Source: a virus. From it: a stretch of DNA of 64,000 nt. How positions within the stretch are numbered: the first letter of the stretch is position 1; each line of letters opens with the position of its first letter. The notes under the pieces are model-generated. The model did not search any database. It was not told the origin of the DNA and saw nothing but the letters and a program-made list of their open reading frames with translations. The position numbers and the translations under genes are program-made. The stretch lies in IMG/VR virus record IMGVR_UViG_3300009431_000004; one strand, 5' to 3'. Positions 37,377-49,500 of this stretch are shown here, in pieces.

Positions 37377-40268
37377 CTACAGCACATCCGGTTCGGGGTC
37401 AGGCGGGACCGGGGGTTCCTCGGGGATTCCCTCGATGCCCACAACGGGGGCCAGTTGTCCCTCCTCGGACAGGAAACCCTCCGACTCCCCCTGCGTGACA
37501 CTCATGATGAGCTTGATGATGTCCATAATGAACGCCGGGCCGACCGGGATGACCACCGCGATACCTGCCCCGAAGGCCAGCGGCTTGTCGTTGGGCTTGT
37601 TCTGGGCTGCCACCAAGTCTGCCATGACTCCGCCCGTCCCGTTCGAGTAGAGCATGAGGGCGCTGCACTTCGGAATCTGGAAGGTGTAGCCCAGCATCGA
37701 CTGGACGAGAGCGTTGATGCGCCGGATGAGCTGCTGCAACTCGATGATTCGAGCCTCGATGAACTCGATGTACTTCTGGATGGTGTCCGTCACCGATTCG
37801 AGAGTCTTGGCGATAGCCTCCACCCAGTTGAGGAACTGAGCCATGACTTCCTCGATGGCAGGAAACTGGTCGAGGAAGCGGATGGCAATCCACTCTCCGT
37901 CATCTGGGGAACGGTTCAAGGCAGCCCCAGCCACCCCGAGGGCGAGCGCCGCCTCTTGGAGGAGCTGCCCGCCTTGGTACTTGGCGAACGCACCCCGGCA
38001 GAATATGACACCCGCACCCGGCACGTTTGCCGGAGGTGGATTGGCCGACCGGACCTTTATCAGCTCGCGCTGCCCGACGTAGAACACCGGGGACAGGTCC
38101 GCCGACCCGACCGTCTGCTGTGTGGCAACCAGCGTATTCATGGAGGCCCGGTCCTCGTCCGGCACCACGTAGGAGCCATCCTCCTGCCTGTACTTCTCGT
38201 AGAAGATTCGGAGCGACGGGGGCAACGCCCTCATAAAGGTTTCGGCCCCCTCCGCCGCAACTGTCGGTGTGACCTTGAACTTGTCGTCCGTACCCCCGAC
38301 CTTGCCCTCCTGCATCTGGGGACGCCGTTCCTGAAATACTCCGTCGATGAAGAAGAACTGCTGGACCGTACTCGGGGCGACACCCATGCAGTACGGGTTC
38401 AGGGCGACACCGGCATCCAAGATGTTGCCCGATACGTCGGTGTCCATGGATTCCAAGATGGTTGATGCAACCGTGGCCTCCGGGAGGTAGTGGAACAAGT
38501 CCGGGCTGACCTCTTTGATGATATTTCCCCACAACACCGAGCGCAGGGCTTCGGTAGCATCCACCACTGCGGCCTCGGCTTCAGGTAGCGGGCCGGTCTT
38601 GCTGTAGAGGTCGTGAGCCGTCGCCCGGACCCACGTCAGAATGTGGTCGCGCATCTTCGTCGGGTCTTCTTCCCGTGTGTCCCGGAGCTTCTTGGCGAAG
38701 TCCTTGTAGATGAAACCGACGAGGTGCTGGAACTTTTCCAGCCCACTCCGCTCCAACGCCAGACCGGGGACGATGAGCTGATTGGCCTGCATGAGCTTGA
38801 GTTTCTCTGCGTCGATGACGTTTTCCAGCGTGTCGATGGGCGTCAGGTCGGGCCTGCTCAGGACCAGAACCACCAACGCCACCTGCACGGCTTCAAGGTA
38901 CTGCTGGGTGTTCACGTTCGGGAACACCACGGGCCAAGGCTGGGAGAACTCGCTGATGGAGCTGTAGGGGCCGTCCGCGTCCTTGGTTGTGACCATCGGT
39001 GGCCGGGTCGTGTCGTCCTTGAGGGGCAGGTACTTCGAGAAATCGTACTGGAACTCGACTTCCTTGCTCCCGATGGCCTCCGACGTGGAAGCCACGCGCA
39101 CGTAGAGAGTGTGCGCCGGTCCGTCGTCCTCGATGGTCACTTCCCCTGTGGACGAGTCCATGGATACCGAGGCATCGTGAGGCATGTCCTCGGTCTTGAG
39201 CAGGTACGAAAGGGCGTCGCCCACCCACTTCTCACCAATGTTGACGGACATGAAGAAGGTCCGCTGGAAGAAATAGGTGTCGCCATCCTTGAGCGATTCC
39301 AACGGGATGGGGATGCCTGTCGGGGTGCGCCCGTAGATGCGGGTACGCCCGTCCTCGATTTTTACGTCCCCCTTGAGCGAGTTGTTGTACTGAAGGTCGG
39401 CCGGGAAGCCTGCGAGCATCTCCGCCCCACCATAGAGGACGAAGTTGTCGTTGCCCTCGTCCTTTACAGGGCCGAAATCTCGGGGCTGCTGGCCGCCCAC
39501 GGTGCCTGCATTGGACTGGCCCCGGTCCCACACGACGGGGATACCGTTCTCGAAGGTGGAGACGGTCACGATGTAGCCGCCCGGAGGCATCGGCGGGAAC
39601 GGGTCAAAGGGGTTCTTCTTGGTGGGGACCGTGGCCACCCACTTGACCTGTGCCACGTTCGGGGGCGTCCCGTCCCCTTTCTTGAAGAAGGCACCCAAGT
39701 CCTCGATTTGCCAGACACTCAAGGCATCGTTGCCGTACTTGATTTCGGTGATAGTCGGCACGGGGAAGCCGCCCGGTGTCTTGTACTCCTGCTTGAAGAA
39801 CTGGATGAGCTTCAGGATGAAGGCAATGAGCCGTTGGATGTCCGAGATGTCTACCGACAAGTAGAAGAACAGACTCAGGATGGCTGTCCGGCTCGACAGG
39901 TTCGGGCGCGTCGGGTCGGTTCTGTCGGTCAGTCGGGCAATCATCCGGCGCTCGTACTCTGCGAAACCTCCCCGCAACTCCTTGAAGGGGTATTTCATGA
40001 GAGGCCAGTCACCCGTGATGTAGATGCCCATCTGGCGCAGGTCTTTCAGGAGGCCCTTTATCTCGTCGATGAGTGCCTTCACGATGGCCGCAATGGGGTC
40101 GATGTAGCCGATGAGGTATGCCTTGGCGATGTTCAACGCCACCAGCATGATGTCCAGCACCGTGATGAGAAACTCCGCCACCGAGTTGATGGCGTTCCGG
40201 GTGTCCTCCAAGAAGTCCGGGACTTCGAGGGTCAGAGTTCCCCATTGGTCGGTGGCGGTGTCGGCCAC
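37377..40268 (-). CDS. Hypothetical protein (963 aa) with long amphipathic/hydrophobic terminal helices
   Basis: GTG start overlapping upstream TAG, GGAGGA RBS; high GC3. Confidence 0.75.
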   Translation of the reverse strand: MADTATDQWGTLTLEVPDFLEDTRNAINSVAEFLITVLDIMLVALNIAKAYLIGYIDPIAAIVKALIDEIKGLLKDLRQMGIYITGDWPLMKYPFKELRGGFAEYERRMIARLTDRTDPTRPNLSSRTAILSLFFYLSVDISDIQRLIAFILKLIQFFKQEYKTPGGFPVPTITEIKYGNDALSVWQIEDLGAFFKKGDGTPPNVAQVKWVATVPTKKNPFDPFPPMPPGGYIVTVSTFENGIPVVWDRGQSNAGTVGGQQPRDFGPVKDEGNDNFVLYGGAEMLAGFPADLQYNNSLKGDVKIEDGRTRIYGRTPTGIPIPLESLKDGDTYFFQRTFFMSVNIGEKWVGDALSYLLKTEDMPHDASVSMDSSTGEVTIEDDGPAHTLYVRVASTSEAIGSKEVEFQYDFSKYLPLKDDTTRPPMVTTKDADGPYSSISEFSQPWPVVFPNVNTQQYLEAVQVALVVLVLSRPDLTPIDTLENVIDAEKLKLMQANQLIVPGLALERSGLEKFQHLVGFIYKDFAKKLRDTREEDPTKMRDHILTWVRATAHDLYSKTGPLPEAEAAVVDATEALRSVLWGNIIKEVSPDLFHYLPEATVASTILESMDTDVSGNILDAGVALNPYCMGVAPSTVQQFFFIDGVFQERRPQMQEGKVGGTDDKFKVTPTVAAEGAETFMRALPPSLRIFYEKYRQEDGSYVVPDEDRASMNTLVATQQTVGSADLSPVFYVGQRELIKVRSANPPPANVPGAGVIFCRGAFAKYQGGQLLQEAALALGVAGAALNRSPDDGEWIAIRFLDQFPAIEEVMAQFLNWVEAIAKTLESVTDTIQKYIEFIEARIIELQQLIRRINALVQSMLGYTFQIPKCSALMLYSNGTGGVMADLVAAQNKPNDKPLAFGAGIAVVIPVGPAFIMDIIKLIMSVTQGESEGFLSEEGQLAPVVGIEGIPEEPPVPPDPEPDVL

Positions 40269-40510
40269 TAGATTCCTCCTCCGAACTTGAGCCGGGCCAA
40301 CTGCTCCTTCAGGGCCACAAGCGATTTCTCATCCTGCTCCACCAACCCCTGAAAGAGGTCGCGCAGGTGCAGGAGCTTCTCCCTCTGGTCGCCCACCATG
40401 GCGGGCATCACGCGACGGGCTTCCTTCTCGTCCCACTTACCGGGTTCGATGCCCAGCTCATCGAGGAGAGCTTTCAGCTCCTCTATCGTCTGTGGTGCCT
40501 GCTCACTCAA
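40268..40510 (-). CDS. Small coiled-coil protein (~80 aa)
   Basis: TTG start at 40510 overlapping the end of the giant gene; SEQAPQTIEELKALL...LKEQLARLKFGGGI. Confidence 0.65.
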   Translation of the reverse strand: MSEQAPQTIEELKALLDELGIEPGKWDEKEARRVMPAMVGDQREKLLHLRDLFQGLVEQDEKSLVALKEQLARLKFGGGI

Positions 40511-43500
40511 CGATGCTCTCCGTGGCTTCCTCCAACAACAGGAGCCGTTCTCTCTCCGCCAGCCGCTCCGGCAGCTCCTCGTCGAACCGCTTGATGCCCG
40601 CCAGCGTCCCCAGAATCTTGTGAACCCTGTAGGCCAGCCAGACGTACCGGATGGGCCGGAAACGGTCCGACTCGTCCAGCACGAGGTCAATGCGCTCGGG
40701 CAGCACCGGGCGAACGTCACTGCCCCCACCTATGTCATCGGTATAGGCCGTGTAGGGCGTGCCCCCCGGCGCTGAGAGCTTCATCGCTACGTTCTGGTAG
40801 GGCGGGTCGGCGTGGGTCAGGCGGTCGAGCCGCAGGTCGAAAATCCAGAAGCGCCGGTCCAGCAGGGAGAGGCAACTCCGGTTATTCATGAACGGGACAG
40901 TCCCCAGCTCCCCAATGATTTCCTCGATGAAAGCGTTGCTCAGGACGCCCATGCCGGACTCCGGGTCCGTGACGATGCCGAGGTCCGAGATGTGTTCCTT
41001 GTCTTGGAACTCGTAGTAGGAGCCGTACTTCCAGCCCCGCAACAGCGCCCGCAGCATCTCGACGAGGGACAGCATCCGCTCGCGCATGGTCAGCACAAGG
41101 TCGATGGCCTCGTCCGAGAACAGGCCGGACGGGCGGATGACTTTGTAGGAGAAGGGGCGGATGGAGTAGTCATTGCCCTTGTAGGTCTGTGTCACCGGGT
41201 CACGCTTGGCCGTCGGGCGCAGGTCCATCTGGCCCTCGAAGGGGGCTATTGCACCAGTAAGGCCCGAATCCGAGATGGTTGGGTAGATGGCGTACTCCCG
41301 GTTCGGGGTCGTCCCGCTTGCAAACGTCACCCAGTTGGTGTCGTTGATGCCACCCGCGTAGGTCGAGATGGGGTCCACCTCCAAGTGCGGAGTCGCACCT
41401 CCGATGACCTTCAGGACGCGATAGAAGCCCCGGTTGTCGTCCAGCTCGCTGGGCTTGCCCGCCCAGTCGTGCGGAGGTGCAGGCCACCTGCTTGTGACGC
41501 CGAGGTCCCCCAGAGGACGCGCCCCTCTGTCCGGGACAGCGGGCAGGCCGCCATGCTGGGGCAGAGTGCCTGCGGGGTCGATGACCACGATGTCCCCGAC
41601 CCGGACGCCCACGGTCCCGAAGGTCTGGCTCCCGGAGGTCAGTTGGTCGTCGTACATCTTGTTGACCACGGTTTCGTAGTCCCCACCGGGTGGAATTTCC
41701 TCGACGTAGCCCCCCTCCTCGGTGTCCCAGTCGGCGTCGGAGCGGTAGACTTCCCGGTCGCTGATGAGTTCGAGGAGCTGCTCGTTGGACTGCTCGTGTG
41801 GGACTGGCGGCTGCCGGAGGTAAATCTCGAAGCGCATCCCGCCGAGAGCAGTCAGCTCGGCAGGTGTGCGCCGCGTGATGCCGGGCATGGCCAGCTTGAG
41901 GGTGACGGAATCCTCGACCCCCGTAATCTCGACTTCCTCGATGAGCGTTCCGTCATCGTCGAGGAGCCGGAAGCGGTCCCCCGCGTTGATGTTCACGTCC
42001 GGGTCATCGAAGGGGCCGAGGTTGGTCCCGTCGTAGCTGAATCCGTCGTTCCACACATCCGGGGCGAGCGGGGCCGCCGGATTGGAGACGTTCCAGTTCA
42101 TGACGAAGGAGGCCGTCACGACACCCCTCTGGCGGACGTTGGTCGAGTAGTCGTTGATGCGACCACGACGCATCTCGTAAGCGAACCGGAGGGCGCGAAA
42201 GTGGTCCCCGGCTTCTTCCATGATTTCGTGCCAGCGCCGGACGCTCCGCACGGTGTACTGGACCTCCTCTCGGGCGTCGAGGGTCGTGGCGGCCCCACCG
42301 GGGTACTGTGTCCCCGCGTACTCCAATTCGTTACGGAACCAGCTCTCTTTCTCCCAGTCGGGGACAGCAGCAAGGGGGTCCGCGATGGGGTGGGTTCTGT
42401 CCACCACCAGAGCGTCAAGGACCGACAAGTTGGCCACGGACCGGGGGAAGGACGGCTCGAAGAAGATGCCACCTTGCGCCCAGTAGCCGGGAACCACAGG
42501 CCCGGCGAGGTCGGCTACCGCGAGTTGCGTTCCCGGCAGAAGACAGTCCACCAAGGTCGGGCCGGGCGGTGCGGCGGTGTTGAGCGTCTCCCATTGGGGA
42601 TGGGGGACATTCATGATGTCCAATGTATCCACGACGTTGTGGTAGATGGGCGTCGTCAGGTCTGCCTCAAAATTGTTGCTCCCCACCGGGTTGTTCTCCC
42701 GGAGTCTCAGCGGGGTGCCTGCTCCTGTGCTAATGCCAGCAGGCCCCGTGAACAGGAGGTCTGCGCCGCCGGTCTGAATCGGCGGGCAGAGCGTGACGTG
42801 GCGGAACCCGCGTTCTGCGAGGGGGTCCTCGACCCCGACGCAGTTGTCGTCGGGGAGGCCGTACTCGGAGCCGCCCATGGCCACGGGAAGATAGGTCATC
42901 CCGGACACCTGCAACGCCCGGTTTCCGATAAGAGCGTCGAACTCGGCGTCAGTCGCAATCAGGGTGTTCAGTGCGTCCCTGTAGGTCGCGGGGTCGAGAG
43001 TGAATACTGCCTCCTCTCCCGGAGAGACGAACGAGGTGTAGGCCGCACTGATGAGTCCATAACGGAAATCAGCAACGACCCCCGAGGCCAAGGCGGAGAG
43101 GTCACGAATCAGATAAACACGCCCAGCCCCCACTGCCGGGAAGGCCGAATACTTGCCATTTACCAGCGGAGCGCCCGTGTACTTGGTCTGGGGCAGGAAC
43201 GTAATGGTCAACTCATGTGTCGCCGGGTCGAAGTCCACCACCCTCGGGAATTCCAGAGGGCACCAGCCATTACCCGCTCCGGCAACTGTGGTTGGGGACA
43301 CCTCACGACGGACCGGAGCGCCCGCGTTTGGTTCGACCACATGCCGGATGAGATACGTCCCCAGCTTGGTACTGGCCGGGTGCGCGGCATCCACCGAGGA
43401 GTTGACAACGCACAGGTCGCCCTTCTGGATGAGCGCCAATCCCCCGAGGGCGGGCGGAGTCTCTATCACGAGCCGGTTGTCCGAAGTTCGCCGTTCGTTG

Positions 43501-46500
43501 GGGGTCAAGTCCGTGTTGTGGAAACCAGCGGCGAGGCCGACTCCACCACAGATATTGGTGGTCCCTTCGGCGTTGTCATTCGAGGGCATGGCCGAGAAGG
43601 TCACGTTGTCGCCCGTGATAGGAGTGTTCCCGTGACCCTCGAAGCCCATGACCTTGATGGTGGCCAGCTCCGCCTCTGGGGCTGCCGTGGCTGGCTCCCA
43701 TGAGCCGACCTCTGTCTGCCCATGCCGGAGCAGGAAGGTGTACGGGATGGGGTCGTTTGGCGGCGCAGGGTCGAGGCCGTTGGTGTAGCTGTTGACCTCG
43801 GTCCAGTAGTGCGGGTCTGGCGCAGGGTTCGGGTTCGGTGCCAGAACCTCCGTGACGACGAGCTTGGATTCCAGTTCCAACTGGACGAAGGGAGGAAGTG
43901 GCACGATTGGGTGGACGTACCCCCGTTCCTTGGCCATGCGGAGGTCGTAGACCTCGTGGAAGGTCAGCCGGTCCTCCGCAATCCACCCGGTGGTGGACTC
44001 CCCACCAGCGGTGTTGATGTCGAAAGAGAACTCCTGCCCGTAGAGGGTCCGGTAAACCCCCGGAGCGGGGGTGACATACGGGAGGAACCATTCGTTCTCC
44101 TGACCCGGAGGTGGAGGAGGCGGCCCTCCAAGGTTGAACCACGGGAACCAGCCCGTCCCTTGGACGATGATTTGCTGGTTCGTTGGACTCGGGTAAGCCG
44201 GATGAGAGTCCCCGAAGGTGATGCCCGGCACGACGGCGGGGATAGCTAGTGGGTTGCCGTCCCAATCCACGGTCCAGACATTCGGGCCGATGATGAACAT
44301 CGTGATGCCAATCACCCCGCCGGACATATTCGGGAAGGGCGGCCCGGATGCGCCGAGGGGCCAGAACTGGACGGCAAAATCCTTCCGAAGGATGAACTTG
44401 ATGGCGATGACGTTAGTGGCCTTGGGGCCGACGAGTCCCCAGACATCGTTCAGGTTTCCCACGGCTGGCAGGAGGCCGTTGTTCAGCTCAAACTGACCGA
44501 TAGAACTGAAGTCGAGGATGGTCACGCCGAGGGCGGTGTCCTCGATGACTTCGACTCCCGGCAATCCCGGCGCGGGGAAGTCGGGGTAGGTCTGCGACGG
44601 GTCGAGCCAGACCATGGCGTCGTCGAAGGTGTAGCGCACGGGGTCGCCCGTGTCGCTGACACCTCCGCCCGGAGCCGGAGCCGTGTGGGCCACGAATCGC
44701 GGAGGCTCGAAGCCGTAGGGCGGACCCGGCGGGAGCGGGGACGGGGGCTGTGGGTCGTAGACAGCGCCGACCGTATGGATGCCCATCGGGCCTTCGGTGG
44801 CAAAGGGACCGGGCGGCTGCATGAGAATCACGTCGTAGGGGCGCACCGTCCCCTCACCCACCCCGGTCCTTGACGGGTCTTGGACGGTCTGAAGGGTGGC
44901 CGGAAGAAGCGCCGGGGCCGTCATAACCTCGCCGTCGTTCCCCAGAATCTCGTCCGGGTAGACTGCATTGCCCAGCCCGTCCACGGCCACCATGACCCTC
45001 GGGAAGCTCGCCCCAATCTCGTCGAAGCGGTCCAGCTCCGTGTCGCCAGCCCGCATGTAGGGAATCTGGTAGTCCCCGGAGTCGTCCGTGATGCCTCCGT
45101 CGAGCGCAGGCACACGGAGCGGGTTCTGCCCCATGTAGAGGAACTCGACCGGCCCTTCGATAGCAGTCATGGGGTCCGGGGGCTTCTGGCCGAACAGCTC
45201 CTTGAAGCCGAACCAGAAGGGGTCGTGGAACGACGGGTAGGTCTTGTCCACCAGTCGCCCGTCCGACTTGATGTCCAAGTCGAAGCCCGTCCGGTAGCTG
45301 TCCAGCGCGTTGGCCATCCGCTCGAAGTCCACGAATTCAGGCGGGTCTTGGAACTCGTTGGGGCCAACTCCGGTCATGGACCCGATGGGCGGCCCCACGA
45401 ACACCGTGTCGCCCTGCTCCGCCGGGAACTCGTGGAGCGGGATACCCGAGTCGGGGGTCAGCCCGATGAGTACGCGCCCGGAGTCCGCGATGGGGTTGTC
45501 GTCGGCGTCCTGAAGGAGGATGACGCAGCCGTACAGCACTTCCCGAACGAAGATGCCCGTGAAGGAAGGTTCCCCGTCCACGTCGATGGGGTTGTCCCTG
45601 TCGTACAGTTCGTAGGTCGTGCCGTCGGGCCGACCCCAACGGAGCTGCTGCCCCTGCCAGAAACCCGGCACCGCCAGCTCGTAGTCACCGCTCCCCGCAT
45701 CCGGGATTGAGCCGCCTTGCGAGAGGAGCTGTGCGTCATCCGGGTAGTTGGTGTCCGGGTCAAGCGGAACATCCCGGAGAAGCGCCGGGAAGGCGATGAT
45801 GGCTGGGTCGGGTATGGCCATCACAGGCTCCGTCCCGCCCGTGAAGACCGCTGCCGGGATGCCGTCCGGCTGGTAAGCCCAGACACGACCACGAGCAAAA
45901 CGCAGCCCAAGGTCCGCCGTAACGACCGTGGTGATGTCTTCGAGGACCGGGTTGTAGAGCTGCCCGATGGTTTCGCCATGCGTACTCTGCCGACTCCCGT
46001 CGATGCTTCGCCCGTAAGTGTAGACCCCGAAGTCATTTGCCTCGGGTTCAGCCCCCACGCCCGGATAGGTCATGAGGAAGGCCCGCGTCAGCGTCGGATA
46101 GAGCCGGGAGAAGCGGTGCTGGTCCGTCATCCGGGCGTAGATGCCCTTGGCCTTGTAATCGAAGAATGGGAAGGAGGTCGTCCGGGCGATGTGCCGCTTG
46201 CCGAGCTGGATGAACACCCGGTCGTCCACGTCATTCTGGACAAGCTGCCCTTGCCGGGCGGTCATATCTCGAAGTTGGGAGGGGTCCGGGAGGAACCCGT
46301 CGATGACTCCGCCGCTGATGGCCACGGTGCTGGGGGCCACAATCCAATCGGATTCGAGGTACGTGAGGTCGATGTCCGGGCGAGCCTCGTTGTAGACCTC
46401 GGACCAGACGTGGCGTGGCTGTACGAGGCCGGAGATGGCGTCCTCGTATCCCGGCGTCGGCCAGTCTTTGTCATGGCCTACGAAGAAACGGAACTTGCCG

Positions 46501-49500
46501 TCACGGTCCCCGATGAAGCCGCCGGAGATGGTTTCGTTGACCTGCTCGAACGCTTCGATGCTCTGGTTGTAGAAGTCAAGGAACGTCCGGGCGGCCCGGT
46601 CCTTGTCTTCGAGATTCGACCGCTCACCCAGAAGGCCGTTCCGACCCAGCTCCCAGTTCTCGTCTCCGCCTCCCGCCGTGGTCGGTGCGCCGCTCGCAGG
46701 CTGCTTTGAGGTAATCTCCTCGACAGCCTCACGGGCCGCCTCACCCAAGAAGGCAGGCAACCGGACGCACCGGAAGTAGAAGGAGTCCGGGTTATAGAAG
46801 GTGTAGGTCGCGGTCAGCAACGCCCCCAGAAGGCCGTTTGCTTCGGTCGGGATGGCCCCGTAGAGGAAGTTTGCCGCGTACCGAGGGGTCGCCACCACCC
46901 CGTCCTTCAGGAAGGGCTGTAGAGGCCGTATCCGTGTGAAGTACAGATGGAGGAACTGGCCCGGTTGCAGGGCGGCCTGCACGGGTTCGAGCAACTGGAA
47001 ATTACCCGTGCCGGGGTCGAGACTGTATTCGACGCCCTCCGCAAGGGTGCGTCCCGGCAACGGATTTCCGGCGGAGTCTGTCTCCCCGTCGAGGACCAGC
47101 TCATACGGCTCGTCGAGGAGAATCGGCCCCACCCCCAGAAAGTCGCGGCTCTCGGGCGGGTAGATGGGTCGGTACGAGAGCTTCACCAGCGGCGGGGTGT
47201 CCATGGAGAAACCGCTGCGGAAGCCGGACGTGACCGAAATCTTGGTCCGAGTGCCGTCGTCGTTCAGTGTCACCTCGGAAATGGTGAAGGGCGAACCGTC
47301 CAGCTCGAATACATGACCCGGTTGCGCGAACTCTGTCAGGTCGCCCGTGAAGGTGATGTGCTTCTGGCCCCGGCTCACCGGCTCGAAGGGGAAGACGCTG
47401 GTGTCCACCTCGGACATGAACCCCAGAGGAGCATTCGTCGGGGTCGGGCTGCCCCCATGCGGTGTGACCTCGGTGGCCACAGCTTCAGAGGTGACGACCG
47501 TGATGACATCGTTGCCCGGAGCGCGGGTGCCGACCTCGTTGGTGGTCGTGGGGAAGATGCCGATGCCGGTCACATCCCCCTTGTCCCGTCCTTCTGAGTC
47601 AGTGCGCGGCGGGTAGTAGGTCAGCTTCGTGACGTAGAAGCACTCCTCCCCGATGCGGAACATCTGGCCCAGCTCGAATTCCGCCGTCCGGTCGCCCCAG
47701 ACGCCAAACTCGCTGACGCCCGCTTTGATAAAGAAGGGTGGCCTGTAGACCGGCTTCTGAGAGGACTCGTAGGCTTGCTCCCCACCCTGAGCCTCGAACA
47801 CCGCGTAGGACACCGTGACCGGAATGTGCGCCTCGACCGTCCTGACGAAGGTGAGACGGCCCTTGCCGTTCAGCTCACGGGGGTAGTCCACGAGGTAATC
47901 GGTGGTCCCGAAGTTCTGCATCATCGGGCCGATGTAGACCGTCGGCTCGATACGCTGGTCGATGGTCGTGTCCTCAGACCCGAAGGTGTAGGTGTTCCGG
48001 GCCGTGCGGACTGCTGCCTCGGCCCTCACGAAGACCGGGAGGAATTCGGTAATCATCTCCCCCACTTTCCGGCCTTCGAGGTCCGCCCGCCAGTATTCGA
48101 CCTCGATGGAGGAGTCCTGCGGGATGGGGGTGGTGAACGCGAAGGCTCCCAGCAGAGGACTGAGAGACACATCGCGGCGCTGCTCGGTAATCATCTGCTC
48201 GACGAAATAGGCCGTGGTCCCCTCGAAGGCGGCCATGTCGGCAGCCGAGAAGTTCAGGTCCCCTGTCTGGGGTCGATACTCCACTTCGAGGGCTGCCATG
48301 TCGGCGGCGGGCAGGAATTCTTCGACGTACCAGACCGGGGCCGCCGCGTAAGAGGTCAGGACGTTGGACCCGAACTTGAGGCGGCCCACGGGGTCTGGCC
48401 CGGATACCGCTGTCAGGTACTCGATAGCGTCGCCGGGGTCCGGGCTGAAGGAAGCAACCGGGTTCAGCCCAGAACCGTGGCTGTAGAGGACCGTCCCGAC
48501 CCGGATGGAGAAAGACTCGGTGGTGAATCGGGTCGAGGTGACAGCGGGGACATCCAGCACGTTGTTGGCTATCGGCCCCAGCTCCGTCTGGGTGAGTTCA
48601 ACCAGAGTGGCCGTGTTCGCTGCTGTGGCCAACATGAGGCCGTACCTGATGTTGATGAGCCGACCACTGGACAGGGCCGCCTCCATGTTGGCCTGCAAGG
48701 GAGGTGCCGGAGTCGTGGCCGGAACTGCCCCCACCGGGGAGAGCATCAGAACCTTGAACGGCTCGGTTTGCAGGTGGTTGAAGTCCTTGTAGGTGATGTC
48801 CGCGATGACCGTGGGGTCGTACACATCACGGGTGAAGCCTTGGAACACCTCCCAGACGACCGGGTTGGGGGACGCAGCCGGGAACGGAGGCAGCACATCC
48901 AGCTCGGTCGGGCTGGTGATGGCCTGCACCGTGTAGGAACCTTCGGCGTCGCTGGACCCGACCTTGAGCCGGTAGCCCACCTGCACGGGGTTCGCCGGGT
49001 TCGTGTAGTCAGCAAAGGGGTCGGTGAAAGCTGTCCCGCCTTCTTGGAAGCTCCCCTGAGCGCCGGAGGCAACCCGCGAGCCGAACCGCTCGACGAGGAT
49101 GACCGTACCGGGCGTGCCGTTCTGGGGCAGCACGTAGTCGTTGTCCTGACTTTGGAGGACCCTCGGGCCGCCGTCGGGCGAGATGTAGAGGCCGCCTCCG
49201 ATGCCGGGCGCACCGAGCATCGACTCCGGGGACACGGCTGTCTCCCCGAGGTTCAGGGTCGTGGTCATGGTGTCCACGGTCCCCTCGATGGTGTCCCGCT
49301 CCACCCAGTCGAACTTCCGCTGGCCGAATCGGTGGATGATGTCCCTGTAATGCTGAAGGGGCTTGTTGACGACCTGCACATCGTCGCCGTCGGTGATGAT
49401 GGTCTGAAGGTTGAAGAAGACCCCTTCGTCGAAACCCGCGATGTCCTGCAAAGGCGGGTAGTTCAGGAAGTAGAAAGGTGTCGGCGGGACATCCTTGGTG

